This document shows positions 8,813-17,622 of a DNA stretch of 64,000 nt, piece by piece; the first letter of the stretch is position 1; each line of letters starts with the position of its first letter. Position numbers and translations under genes: made by a program. The notes beneath the pieces were generated by a model that made no database searches, had not been told where the DNA came from, and saw nothing but the letters and a program-made list of their open reading frames with translations. The DNA is from an uncultured Pseudomonadales bacterium (GTDB lineage Bacteria > Patescibacteriota > Microgenomatia > UBA1400): positions 42,554-106,553 of the forward strand of contig CAZPUR010000003.1 in NCBI GenBank assembly GCA_964589815.1, in the 5' to 3' direction.

Positions 8813-10274
8813 AAGAATAAATAAAACAAAATTTTTGCTGATTTTAGTCCTTATTTTAAATATTTTACTGCGTTTTCCTTCTCTTTTTGACCCTGTTTCT
8901 TATGGCGATGAGTGTATTTATTTAACCTTAGGTAATGCTTTAAAAAAAGGTTTAGTTTTTTATCGGGATATCCATGATAATAAACCACCTTTGCTTTATT
9001 TAATGGCGGCTTTAGCCGGAGGAAAACAATTTTGGCTGCGCTTGTTTATGACTTTATGGAATACAGTTAATGTCTGGTTGATCTATCAGGTAGTTAAGAA
9101 ATTACTGAAAGACGAACAATCAGGAGTTTTGGCAGCCTTTTTATTTGTTATTTTTGCTCTATTGCCTGAGGGTCGAATTGCTAATGGTGAGGTTTTTATG
9201 ATTATGCCCGCCACTTTAGGTTTACTTCTAACTTTGGTGGTTTTAGGAAGAGAGAGAAGAAAAAAACAAAAGGTCTTTTTATGGTTTTTGGCTGGTCTGA
9301 GTTTTAGCCTAGCCTTTTTATTTAAGGTGCCGGTGGTCTTTGACTTTTTAGGTTTGATTTTAGCTATTTTTGTTTTTGGGAAAAAGAAACTAAAAGAATC
9401 TTATCTAGTTTTAAAGGATAAGAGGTTTTATTTAACGATGCTTGGTTTTATTCTGCCTATTGGTTTAAGTATAATTTATTATGCTTCAAAAGGAACTTTT
9501 ACGCCCTACTTTCGTTCAGCTCTACTGCAAAATGTAGGCTATCTTTCTTCTTGGGGAAGGTCAGACCTCGGCCTTTATTATCGAGCTCTAATTTTATTCT
9601 TAGTTGCCGCTTTAATTTTCATTTGGCGGCAGAGACTTAAACCAGCTTTCTTTTTTCCTGCCTTACTAACTGCTTTTGGTCTATATGGTGTTTTTTTATC
9701 CCAAAGGCCTTATCCTCATTATTTGATAGAGATTACCCCTTGGGCGGCCATTTTAATCACAGTTTTCCTAAAACAAAGAAAAAAACTGCAGTTAGTTATT
9801 ATTCTCTTGTTGGTTTTTCTAGGATTGATTGGAGTGAATAAATATCAATATTGGTGGTATCCGCATTTGCCGTATTATAAAAATTTTTTGAGCTTTGCTT
9901 TCAAACAAATCAGTAAAAAAAGATTTTTTTCCTATTTTGGAAGCAAGGTTTTAAACGACTACGAGGTAGCTAAGTTCTTAAAAACCCATACCAAGGATGA
10001 TGAACGGGTTTTCATTTGGGGAGACGGAGCTTGTATTTATGCTTTATCAGAGAGGTTGCCGCCAGGCAGATATACAGTTAATTATCATATTTATGATTTT
10101 GATGGTTTTGAGGAAACATTGACAGCCATTGAAGAAAAACAACCGCCAATTATTGTGATGTTGGAGCCTGCTAAAAAAGACTTTCCTCAATTAGAAAGTT
10201 TACTCTCAACAGTTTTTATTAAAACTACTCAAATCGGAGAAGCGGAAATTTACCAGCGACTTAATATCAAATGA
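8799..10274 (+). CDS. GT-C fold glycosyltransferase (ArnT-like), second paralogue
   Basis: Polytopic membrane protein with YGDECIYLTLG loop motif. ATG at 8799 preferred over TTG at 8790. Confidence 0.6.
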   Translation: MDKNKRINKTKFLLILVLILNILLRFPSLFDPVSYGDECIYLTLGNALKKGLVFYRDIHDNKPPLLYLMAALAGGKQFWLRLFMTLWNTVNVWLIYQVVKKLLKDEQSGVLAAFLFVIFALLPEGRIANGEVFMIMPATLGLLLTLVVLGRERRKKQKVFLWFLAGLSFSLAFLFKVPVVFDFLGLILAIFVFGKKKLKESYLVLKDKRFYLTMLGFILPIGLSIIYYASKGTFTPYFRSALLQNVGYLSSWGRSDLGLYYRALILFLVAALIFIWRQRLKPAFFFPALLTAFGLYGVFLSQRPYPHYLIEITPWAAILITVFLKQRKKLQLVIILLLVFLGLIGVNKYQYWWYPHLPYYKNFLSFAFKQISKKRFFSYFGSKVLNDYEVAKFLKTHTKDDERVFIWGDGACIYALSERLPPGRYTVNYHIYDFDGFEETLTAIEEKQPPIIVMLEPAKKDFPQLESLLSTVFIKTTQIGEAEIYQRLNIK

Positions 10275-10630
10275 AAGAGATAGAACAATTTAAGATTCTT
10301 TTTAGCGATAAATATGTTCAAGGGGTAGTTTATTTAAGTTCTGCTTTTTTTATTTTGGTTTTAATTATGGTTTTGTTGAGTTGGACTAAATTGCCCCCTC
10401 AAGTGCCTTTTTTCTATTCCCGACCTTGGGGAGAAGAGCAGTTAGCTACTAAAACTTGGTTTTTATATCTGCTTTTAATCGGCTTTGGTTTAACGGTTTT
10501 TAATTTGAGGGTTAGTAGTATAATTTTTAAAAAAGAACCTTTTTTGGCAAAGATTTTGGTTTGGACTTCAGCCTTAGGCATATTTTTAGCCGGGACAACG
10601 ATTATAAAAGTTTTATGGCTTATAATTTAA
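10271..10630 (+). CDS. small membrane protein, unknown function
   Basis: Three predicted TM segments. ATGA overlap with the upstream gene. Confidence 0.5.
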   Translation: MKEIEQFKILFSDKYVQGVVYLSSAFFILVLIMVLLSWTKLPPQVPFFYSRPWGEEQLATKTWFLYLLLIGFGLTVFNLRVSSIIFKKEPFLAKILVWTSALGIFLAGTTIIKVLWLII

Positions 10631-10631
10631 G

Positions 10632-11729
10632 ATGGCATTTTTTCCTTTATTGAAAATTTTTCTTTTTACCGCCTTAGTTTCTTTTTTTACCACCCCTTTA
10701 GTTATTCGGCTTTATAGTCGTTTTCATTGGTTAGACGACCCTAAAATCACCAAGAGAAGAAAAAATACTCATACTTATCCTGTCCCTCGCGGAGGAGGAA
10801 TTTCTCTTTTTTTAGCTGTTTTTTTAGCCTCTTTGATTTTTCTAAATCTAGACAAGCATTTATTGGGTATTCTGGCGGGAGCTTTAGTGATTCTCGCCAT
10901 GGGAGTTTTAGATGATATTTTTGACCTTAATCCTTATTTAAGATTAATCGGTGGTTTTTTAGCCGCCTTATGTGTTGTGGGTGCAGGTATTGGTATTCCT
11001 TTTATTACCAACCCTTTTAACGGTATTGTCAAACTGAATCAACCGCAGATACCTATTTTTATATTAGGAAAATGGCGGACGATTTGGGTTTTAGCTGATT
11101 TATTTGCTCTTTTTTGGATTAACTGGTGTATGAATTTTGTTAATTGGTCTAAGGGGTTAGATGGCCAACTGCCGGGCATTGTCGTGGTGGCGGCTTTAAC
11201 TATTAGTATTTTAAGTTTGCGTTTTAGTGCTGATATTACTCAATGGCCGGTAATTATCCTGGCTTTAATCACGGCTGGAGCCTATTTTGGTTTTTTGCCT
11301 TGGAATTTTTATCCCCAAAAAATTATGCCTGGTTATGGTGGCGGCGCCTTAGCAGGATATTTATTAGCAGTTTTAACTATTCTTTCGACCACCAAGGTGG
11401 GCACGGCCATGATGGTTTTAGGCGTGCCTTTAATTGATGCCGTTTATGCCTTGCTCCGTCGGCTTAAAAAAGGTAAGTCGCCGGTCTGGGGAGACAGAGG
11501 TCATCTGCATCATAAATTACTTGATTTAGGCTGGGGTAAAAGAAGAGTGGCTGTTTTTTATTGGCTAATTACTGCTTTTCTGGGACTACTGGCTTTAAAA
11601 TTGAATGCTCAGGCCAAATTTTATACAATAATTCTACTGGCTGTTTGTTTTGCTGGAGTAGTTTTATGGCTCAATTACCTTTCCTTATTTTTAAATCCGC
11701 CCGGCCGACGCAGTGGATTAAAAACTTAA
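10632..11729 (+). CDS. MraY/WecA-family polyprenyl-phosphate sugar-1-phosphate transferase (GT4)
   Basis: GVLDDIFDLNP and NFVNWSKGLDGQ motifs in a polytopic protein. Confidence 0.8.
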   Translation: MAFFPLLKIFLFTALVSFFTTPLVIRLYSRFHWLDDPKITKRRKNTHTYPVPRGGGISLFLAVFLASLIFLNLDKHLLGILAGALVILAMGVLDDIFDLNPYLRLIGGFLAALCVVGAGIGIPFITNPFNGIVKLNQPQIPIFILGKWRTIWVLADLFALFWINWCMNFVNWSKGLDGQLPGIVVVAALTISILSLRFSADITQWPVIILALITAGAYFGFLPWNFYPQKIMPGYGGGALAGYLLAVLTILSTTKVGTAMMVLGVPLIDAVYALLRRLKKGKSPVWGDRGHLHHKLLDLGWGKRRVAVFYWLITAFLGLLALKLNAQAKFYTIILLAVCFAGVVLWLNYLSLFLNPPGRRSGLKT

Positions 11730-12598
11730 GTTTATTTACCGGCCTGGTTTTTACCGGTTGGGTTTTTTATCCTGGAAAATTTTTACGTGTGGTTTTAGCT
11801 TTTTTGGCCTTTTCTATTTTAAGTTCTGCCGTTTATATTTTTAATGATATCCTAGATGCCTCTTCTGATAGGATACATCCTTTAAAGAAAAAAAGACCTA
11901 TTGCTTCAGGGGCATTACCGATTCCCATCGCCCTATTTGTGGCCGTGACGGGCTTTGTGACGAGTTTGTTTTTTGCCATCAATCTTTCCTTCTTCTTTTT
12001 TTTACTTTGCCTTCTTTATTTATTGATTCATATTGTCTATACAGTTATCTTAAAGAAGATTCCTCTTTTAGATGTATTAACAATTGCTTCTGGTTTTATT
12101 ATCAGGGTCTGGGCCGGAGCGGTAGTGATTGACACCCATATTAATATTTGGCTTTTATTGTGTGTTATTTCTTTTTCTTTATTTTTGGCAGTGGGAAAGA
12201 GAAGGAGCGAATTAACTTTGCTCAAAGGTCTTTTAACTGATAAAAGCAGAGTGGTGCTTTTTTCTTACCCGGAAAAACTTTTGGATTTATATATTTCTAT
12301 GTTTGCCAACACTACTTGGTTGACCTATGCTTGGTTCACCTTTGTTCAACCAGTAGGTGAGTTAAGAGGAGTATTTTTAACTGTTATTACGGATTTACCT
12401 TTGGCCTTCAGAAGTAGGAAATGGTTGATGTTGACCATCCCCTTGGTAATTTATGGAGTGATGAGATATTTATGGTTGATTTATGAGAAAAACGAAGGTG
12501 AATCTCCAGCCAAAGTAATTATTTCTGACAAACCTCTTTTAATCGCCATTGTTTTATGGGGCTTAATGGTTATGGGAATTATTTATGGGTTAGGATAG
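11666..12598 (+). CDS. UbiA-family prenyltransferase, decaprenyl-phosphate phosphoribosyltransferase-like
   Basis: KSARPTQWIKN and NDILDASSDRIHPLKKKRPIASG match the DPPRT-type UbiA signature. ATG at 11666 chosen inside ORF 11561..12598. Confidence 0.7.
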   Translation: MAQLPFLIFKSARPTQWIKNLSLFTGLVFTGWVFYPGKFLRVVLAFLAFSILSSAVYIFNDILDASSDRIHPLKKKRPIASGALPIPIALFVAVTGFVTSLFFAINLSFFFFLLCLLYLLIHIVYTVILKKIPLLDVLTIASGFIIRVWAGAVVIDTHINIWLLLCVISFSLFLAVGKRRSELTLLKGLLTDKSRVVLFSYPEKLLDLYISMFANTTWLTYAWFTFVQPVGELRGVFLTVITDLPLAFRSRKWLMLTIPLVIYGVMRYLWLIYEKNEGESPAKVIISDKPLLIAIVLWGLMVMGIIYGLG

Positions 12599-12624
12599 AG
12601 AAGTAGTTTAGTAAAAAATAAAAA

Positions 12625-13575
12625 TTACTGATAGACGGTAGTATATTTGCCAGAGACCCAGCCTTGCTTGCCTTCTTCATATTCAATTTTATTCCAGCCA
12701 TTTTCATCTTGTTCTATAAATTTATAAACTTCGCCCGGATGAACTTCTGTAAGCACTGTTTTTTTGTCGCCGCTAGGAGAAGGTTCAGAGCGGACATTTA
12801 ACCATCCCCATTGGTTGTTATCTATTTTGACATAAGGCCTTTCCATTTCATCAGCGGCTTCAGTCGCTTCTTCATCTTCTTCTAATTCGGGAGAAGGAGA
12901 GGGTTTGGGAGAAGGTTTAGGAGAAGCTTTTGTTTCTTCTTCCTTGACTTCCTCTTTTTCTTCCTCTGTCTCTCCACCAGCTGGCGGATTTTCTTCTAAC
13001 TCTTTAGCCAGCTGGACATTGATCATTAACTTATGACCCTTAATAGTTTTAGCTTTAATAGTTTCTTCCTTAAACCCAGGAGAAGAGATAATCAGTAGAT
13101 GTTCGCCTTCTTCAATGCCTTCTAAGGTGAGTGGAGTAAAACCTTTAGGTTCGCCATTTAAAGAAACGACCACACTATCAGGGTTGCTAATAATAGAAAT
13201 TTTGGCTTCGTCTTTTTCAGTAATTGGTTCTAAACTAAGAACATAGCCGCTTGATTCTTCTTCCGTTGCTCCTAGGTTGCGGTTGACCACGGTTAAAATT
13301 CCTGAACTGAGCTTAACTATGCCTTGCCAAGAAATTATTTGGGATTCAGAAGAATCAGGGACGATTTTTAAAGTATATTCTCCTTCTTTTAAGTTTTCGT
13401 CAAAATAAGGGGTTTGACCAATATGGTCTTCGTTTAAAAAAACAGTGGCCTTAGGATTAGAAGTAACCTGCAAAGCCGCCTTCTTTCTACTGGAAATAAA
13501 AGGAAGGTTGCAAGCCGTAAGAATTAAAGCGGCAACCACGAGGCAGGAAAATGAAACAATTCTGAAGAGCTTCAT
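12625..13575 (-). CDS. lipoprotein with PEGA repeats and C-terminal SH3b-like domain
   Basis: Signal peptide plus Cys (LILTAC), two PEGA-like segments, acidic/Pro-rich linker, C-terminal WLNVRSEPS...GWVSGKY. Confidence 0.65.
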   Translation of the reverse strand: MKLFRIVSFSCLVVAALILTACNLPFISSRKKAALQVTSNPKATVFLNEDHIGQTPYFDENLKEGEYTLKIVPDSSESQIISWQGIVKLSSGILTVVNRNLGATEEESSGYVLSLEPITEKDEAKISIISNPDSVVVSLNGEPKGFTPLTLEGIEEGEHLLIISSPGFKEETIKAKTIKGHKLMINVQLAKELEENPPAGGETEEEKEEVKEEETKASPKPSPKPSPSPELEEDEEATEAADEMERPYVKIDNNQWGWLNVRSEPSPSGDKKTVLTEVHPGEVYKFIEQDENGWNKIEYEEGKQGWVSGKYTTVYQ

Positions 13576-13582
13576 TAAATTT

Positions 13583-13611
13583 AATATACCATATTAGAGG
13601 AAAATTAACAA
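13583..13611 (-). promoter_or_regulatory. putative promoter (-35 TTGTTA, 17 nt, TGgTATATT) giving a leaderless or near-leaderless mRNA
   Basis: The -10 ends 7 nt before the ATG at 13575. No SD. Confidence 0.5.
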
Positions 13612-13642
13612 GGAGACACTAATTTGATTTATTAAAGTAATT

Positions 13643-13651
13643 TGTTAAAAT
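13643..13651 (+). promoter_or_regulatory. extended -10 element TGTTAAAAT upstream of the GIY-YIG/tRNA-Cys unit
   Basis: Read directly. Ends 12 nt before the upstream copy of the tRNA 5' segment. Confidence 0.45.
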
Positions 13652-13733
13652 AAGGCTATTAAGTGGCCTAGTGGTCTGGCAAAGCCAGATCTGGCTCTTG
13701 CCAGACGAAGTGATCCTGTTAGAATTAATTTTA

Positions 13734-13985
13734 ATGTTTTATGTTTATGTTTTGAAAAGTCGCACTAATGGAGATATTTACGTTGGTTACTCAAGAGATT
13801 TAAGGACAAGGATTGATGCACACAACAAAGGTAAAGTAAAATCAACTAAAGCTTATAAACCCTGGATACTGGTTTATTATGAAGCTTATAAAGGTAAAAA
13901 AGACGCTACCAAACGAGAGAAAGAGTTAAAATTACACGCGGCGAAGAAATTGTTAATCGAACATCTAAAAGAAAGTCTTAAGTAA
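13734..13985 (+). CDS. small GIY-YIG nuclease-family protein (URI domain only)
   Basis: MFYVYVLKSRTNGDIYVGYSRDLRTRIDAHN has GIY..YIG-type motifs plus a conserved R and KREKELK. The caller's GTG at 13671 lies inside hairpins. Confidence 0.8.
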   Translation: MFYVYVLKSRTNGDIYVGYSRDLRTRIDAHNKGKVKSTKAYKPWILVYYEAYKGKKDATKREKELKLHAAKKLLIEHLKESLK

Positions 13986-13988
13986 CAT

Positions 13989-14061
13989 GGCCTAGTGGCG
14001 AAGAAGCTAACGCAGCTGTCTGCAAAACAGCTATACGCCGGTGCAACTCCGGCCTAGGCCT
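13989..14061 (+). tRNA. tRNA-Cys (anticodon GCA), atypical D- and T-loops
   Basis: Manual cloverleaf: acceptor GGCCTAG/CTAGGCC, anticodon stem GCTGT/ACAGC with loop CTGCAAA, T stem GCCGG/CCGGC. T-loop is TGCAACT (G where U55 is expected) and the D-loop lacks GG. Confidence 0.7.
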
Positions 14062-14104
14062 CTTTTTTATAACCTAAGATAGTGGATAGGATTGTGAATA
14101 GGAC

Positions 14105-14133
14105 TTGACAAAAAATTTTCAAAATGTTATAAA
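14105..14133 (+). promoter_or_regulatory. putative rpoBC promoter (TTGACA, 17 nt, TATAAA)
   Basis: Consensus -35 at 14105-14110 and -10 at 14128-14133. Confidence 0.6.
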
Positions 14134-14238
14134 GTCTTCAAGTCTAAAGAAAGTAGGCATACTTTTTGTATGTCTATTTTTGCAATCTTGAAAACTACCT
14201 TGATCAAGCAATTAATTAACCACTTAAAAAAATAAAAA

Positions 14239-14266
14239 TTCAGGCAAGAACCAGCCTGAATTTTTT
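14239..14266 (+). terminator. terminator-like hairpin in the rpoB leader (TTCAGGC-N8-GCCTGAA + T6)
   Basis: 7-bp stem followed by TTTTTT, 17 nt upstream of the rpoB ATG. A-run on the 5' side. Confidence 0.55.
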
Positions 14267-14283
14267 GTTAGATAAATTTTAAA

Positions 14284-17200
14284 ATGAGCCCTTATTTATC
14301 TGGTGCAAAAAGAACTTTCTTGGGTAAAAAATACAAAAAATTACCCGAACTTGATCTTTTGGAAGTTCAAAAAGAATCTTACCAACAGTTTTTGACTCAA
14401 GATATTAATAAATGCTTAGAAGAGATTTTCCCCATAGAAGATTTTACAGGTAAAAACTGGCTTTTAGAGTTTAAAGAATATTTTTTTGGCACCCCAAAAT
14501 ATAATCCCGAAGAGGCCAGAGAAAAAGGGCTTAACTTTGAGATTCCCCTCAAGATTAAAGTTACTCTTTTTAACAAACAGACCAAGGAAAAAGTCACAGA
14601 AGAAGTGTTTTTAGGCGATTTGCCGCAAATGACAGAAAATGGCACTTTTATTATTAATGGCATTGAAAGGGCAGTGGTTAATCAATTAGTGCGTAGTCCA
14701 GGAATTTTTTATTCGGGTGAACTTGACCCTTCTAGTAGCAGAATGTTTTATCGAGGTGAACTCCGTCCCCTTAATGGTTCTTGGTTAGAATTTGTGGTTT
14801 CTCATAATAACGTTTTGGTGGTGAAGATTGATCGCCGTAGAAAATTTGCCGCTACTACTTTTTTAAGAGCAGCAGGGATTTCAGAAGATGAAGAAATAAT
14901 TAATCTTTTCAAAGATGTAGATACCGATTCTAAGTATCAATATATTAAAACTACTTTGAGCAAAGATCCTTCCAAAAATACAGCAGAAGCTTTAGTAGAA
15001 ATTCACAAAAAAATGCGACCTTCGGAGCCAGCGGTGTTAGAGAATGCGCGGCAACTTTTTCGCAGTATGTTTTTCGACCCTCGCCGTTATAACTTAGGGA
15101 CAGTCGGACGTTTTAAACTCAATAAACGCTTGGATTTAAATATTGATGAAGATATAACTGTTTTAACTCAAGAAGACTTGGTGGCGGCTATTAAATATTT
15201 AATTAAGATTCAAAACAAAGAAGGCAGAGTTGATGATATCGACCATCTTTCAAACAGAAGAGTAAGAAGAGTAGGCGAGTTGGTTTTAGGCAATGCTTTT
15301 AGGATTGGATTAGTAAGGTTGGAGCGCTCTATCAGAGAAAAAATGAGCTTAGCTAAAATTGATTCTTTAGTAACCCCTTCAAGTCTTATTAATCCCCGAC
15401 CAATGATTGCCGTAATAAATGATTTTTTTAGAAGAAATAGACTTTCCACGATTTTAGACCAAACAAATTTACTTTCTGAATTAGACAATTTAAGGAGGTT
15501 TTCAGTAATGGGTCGAGGAGGAGTAACTAAAGAAAGAGCCTCCTTTTCTATGAGGGATATAAATTCTTCCCAGTATGCTCGGATTTGTCCAGTTAGGTCA
15601 CCGGAGGGGCCCAATATTGGTTTAGTTACTTATATGGCCCTTTATACCAGAGTAAATAAATATGGATTTTTAGAAGCTCCTTATCGTAAAGTAGAAAAAA
15701 ATAGTCGTAATGGCAAGACGAAAATGAAGGTGCTTAATGAAATTGTTTACCTTACAGCTGATGATGAGGAAAACTACTATATTACCCATGCAGAAGTAGA
15801 AATTGATAAAAATGGCTATATTATCGATGAATGGGTGCCAGTGAGATACAAAGGAGAATTTAAGGAGGCCCCCGTAACCCAGGTACAATTAATTGACTGT
15901 GTTTCTCGTCAAGTAGTGGGTACTTCTGCTTCTTTAATTCCTTTTTTAGCTCATGATGAAGCTAATCGTGCCTTAATGGGCACCCACATGCAATGTCAGG
16001 CAGTGCCATTAGTGAAGCCTGACTCTCCCATTATTGGTACTGGTATGGAAGAGGTTATTCCTCAAGCAATGAAGCGAGTAGTGAACTCTGATTTTGCGGG
16101 AAGAGTAGTTTATGTTGATGCTTCCAAAGTAATAATTAAGATTGACAAATCAGAGACAAAACGACTTAAGGAAAAACAAAATCAATTATCAAAATCAGTC
16201 AGTATTTATACTGATAAAGTAACATATAAAATTGAGAAATTTAGGCGCACTTCGCAAAGCACTTGTTATTCTCAAAGACCTATTGTTAGCGTAGGGCAAA
16301 GGATAAAAAGAAATCAAGTGATTATCGATGGACCTGCTTGTAAAGATGGTGAGCTAGCTTTAGGTCAAAATCTCTTGATTACCTATTCTTTTTTTGAAGG
16401 ATTAGGTTATGAAGACGCCATTATTATCTCGGACAGATTAGTCAAAGATGATAGCCTAACTTCTATTCATATTAATGAATACGAGGCAGCAGTTATGGAT
16501 ACTAAATTGGGCCCAGAAGAATTGACTCGTGATATTCCTAATATTGGTGAGGCAGATTTAGCTAACTTAGCTGAAGACGGAATTGTAGTTACTGGAAGTG
16601 AGGTCGGGCCTAATGATGTTTTAGTGGGGAAAATTGCCCCCAAAGGAGAAACGGAATTAAGTGCCGAAGAGAGACTCCTACGGGCTATTTTTGGGGAGAA
16701 AGCAAGAGAAGTAAGGGATACTTCTTTAAGAATGCCTCATGGAGAAAGAGGAATTGTTATTGACGTTCAAATTCTAGATAGAGAAAAAGATGATGAACTA
16801 GACCCAGGAGTTAATAAGTTAGTTAAAGTAAAAGTGGCTCAAATGAGAAAAGTAGTTGTGGGTGATAAGCTAGCTGGCAGACACGGGAATAAGGGAGTAA
16901 TTTCTAAGATTGTGCCCATGTCAGACATGCCCTATTTAAAAGATGGCACTCCAGTAGATATTATTATTTCTCCTCTTTCTGTTTTGGCCAGAATGAATCT
17001 AGGTCAGCTTTTAGAGGCTCACCTTGGTTGGGCAGCAGAAAGATTGGGTGAAAAACTAGCCCTACCAGTCTTTGAAAAATTTTCTGAAACAGAGATTAAG
17101 AAATATCTTAAAAAAGCTGGTTTGCCGACAGAAGGGAAGGTTCAACTTTATGATGGAAAGACAGGTGAGCCTTTCAAAGAAAAAACCGTGGTGGGGATTG

Positions 17201-17622
17201 GTTATATTCTAAAGCTTGTTCATATGGTTGAGGATAAGACTCATGCTCGTTCCACCGGGCCATACTCCCTTGTGACGCAACAACCATTAGGAGGTAAAGC
17301 CCAGCGCGGTGGTCAGAGATTAGGAGAAATGGAAGTTTGGGCCCTAGAAGCGCATAAGGCAGCTCATACTTTACAGGAAATGTTGACTATTAAGAGTGAT
17401 GATGTAGTGGGACGGGGAAAGGCCTTTGAAGCCATTGTTAAAGGCGTCGATATCCCCCATGCTACTGTTCCTGAATCATTTAAAGTCTTAGTTAAGGAGT
17501 TAAACAGTTTATGTTTGAATGTTATTCCTGGGGGAGTTGAAGAATTAAAAGCAAAAACAGAAAGTCCAACTTCAGAAGAAAAACAAAAGGATAAAAAAAC
17601 TATTAAAAAAACCAAAAAATGA
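14284..17622 (+). CDS. rpoB: DNA-directed RNA polymerase subunit beta
   Basis: 1112-aa ORF with beta-subunit motifs ([34 protein letters not shown]). Confidence 0.98.
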   Translation: MSPYLSGAKRTFLGKKYKKLPELDLLEVQKESYQQFLTQDINKCLEEIFPIEDFTGKNWLLEFKEYFFGTPKYNPEEAREKGLNFEIPLKIKVTLFNKQTKEKVTEEVFLGDLPQMTENGTFIINGIERAVVNQLVRSPGIFYSGELDPSSSRMFYRGELRPLNGSWLEFVVSHNNVLVVKIDRRRKFAATTFLRAAGISEDEEIINLFKDVDTDSKYQYIKTTLSKDPSKNTAEALVEIHKKMRPSEPAVLENARQLFRSMFFDPRRYNLGTVGRFKLNKRLDLNIDEDITVLTQEDLVAAIKYLIKIQNKEGRVDDIDHLSNRRVRRVGELVLGNAFRIGLVRLERSIREKMSLAKIDSLVTPSSLINPRPMIAVINDFFRRNRLSTILDQTNLLSELDNLRRFSVMGRGGVTKERASFSMRDINSSQYARICPVRSPEGPNIGLVTYMALYTRVNKYGFLEAPYRKVEKNSRNGKTKMKVLNEIVYLTADDEENYYITHAEVEIDKNGYIIDEWVPVRYKGEFKEAPVTQVQLIDCVSRQVVGTSASLIPFLAHDEANRALMGTHMQCQAVPLVKPDSPIIGTGMEEVIPQAMKRVVNSDFAGRVVYVDASKVIIKIDKSETKRLKEKQNQLSKSVSIYTDKVTYKIEKFRRTSQSTCYSQRPIVSVGQRIKRNQVIIDGPACKDGELALGQNLLITYSFFEGLGYEDAIIISDRLVKDDSLTSIHINEYEAAVMDTKLGPEELTRDIPNIGEADLANLAEDGIVVTGSEVGPNDVLVGKIAPKGETELSAEERLLRAIFGEKAREVRDTSLRMPHGERGIVIDVQILDREKDDELDPGVNKLVKVKVAQMRKVVVGDKLAGRHGNKGVISKIVPMSDMPYLKDGTPVDIIISPLSVLARMNLGQLLEAHLGWAAERLGEKLALPVFEKFSETEIKKYLKKAGLPTEGKVQLYDGKTGEPFKEKTVVGIGYILKLVHMVEDKTHARSTGPYSLVTQQPLGGKAQRGGQRLGEMEVWALEAHKAAHTLQEMLTIKSDDVVGRGKAFEAIVKGVDIPHATVPESFKVLVKELNSLCLNVIPGGVEELKAKTESPTSEEKQKDKKTIKKTKK

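Noticed and set aside
11243-11437. Same-strand alternative-frame ORFs (11243..11437, 27250..27438, 27736..27930, 22204..22404, 47681..47953, 48960..49241, 1659..1850)
   Set aside because: They are nested in the alternative frames of confidently assigned genes and have no RBS.
13664-14061. tRNA-Cys interrupted by an intron carrying the GIY-YIG ORF
   Set aside because: A complete cloverleaf exists downstream of the ORF. The upstream copy is only ~11 nt and the following sequence does not continue the tRNA.
14397-17615. Minus-strand ORFs 14397..14663, 15210..15614, 15670..15888 and 17364..17615
   Set aside because: They lie entirely antisense to the strongly supported rpoB. Low-complexity shadow ORFs with no motifs or RBS.
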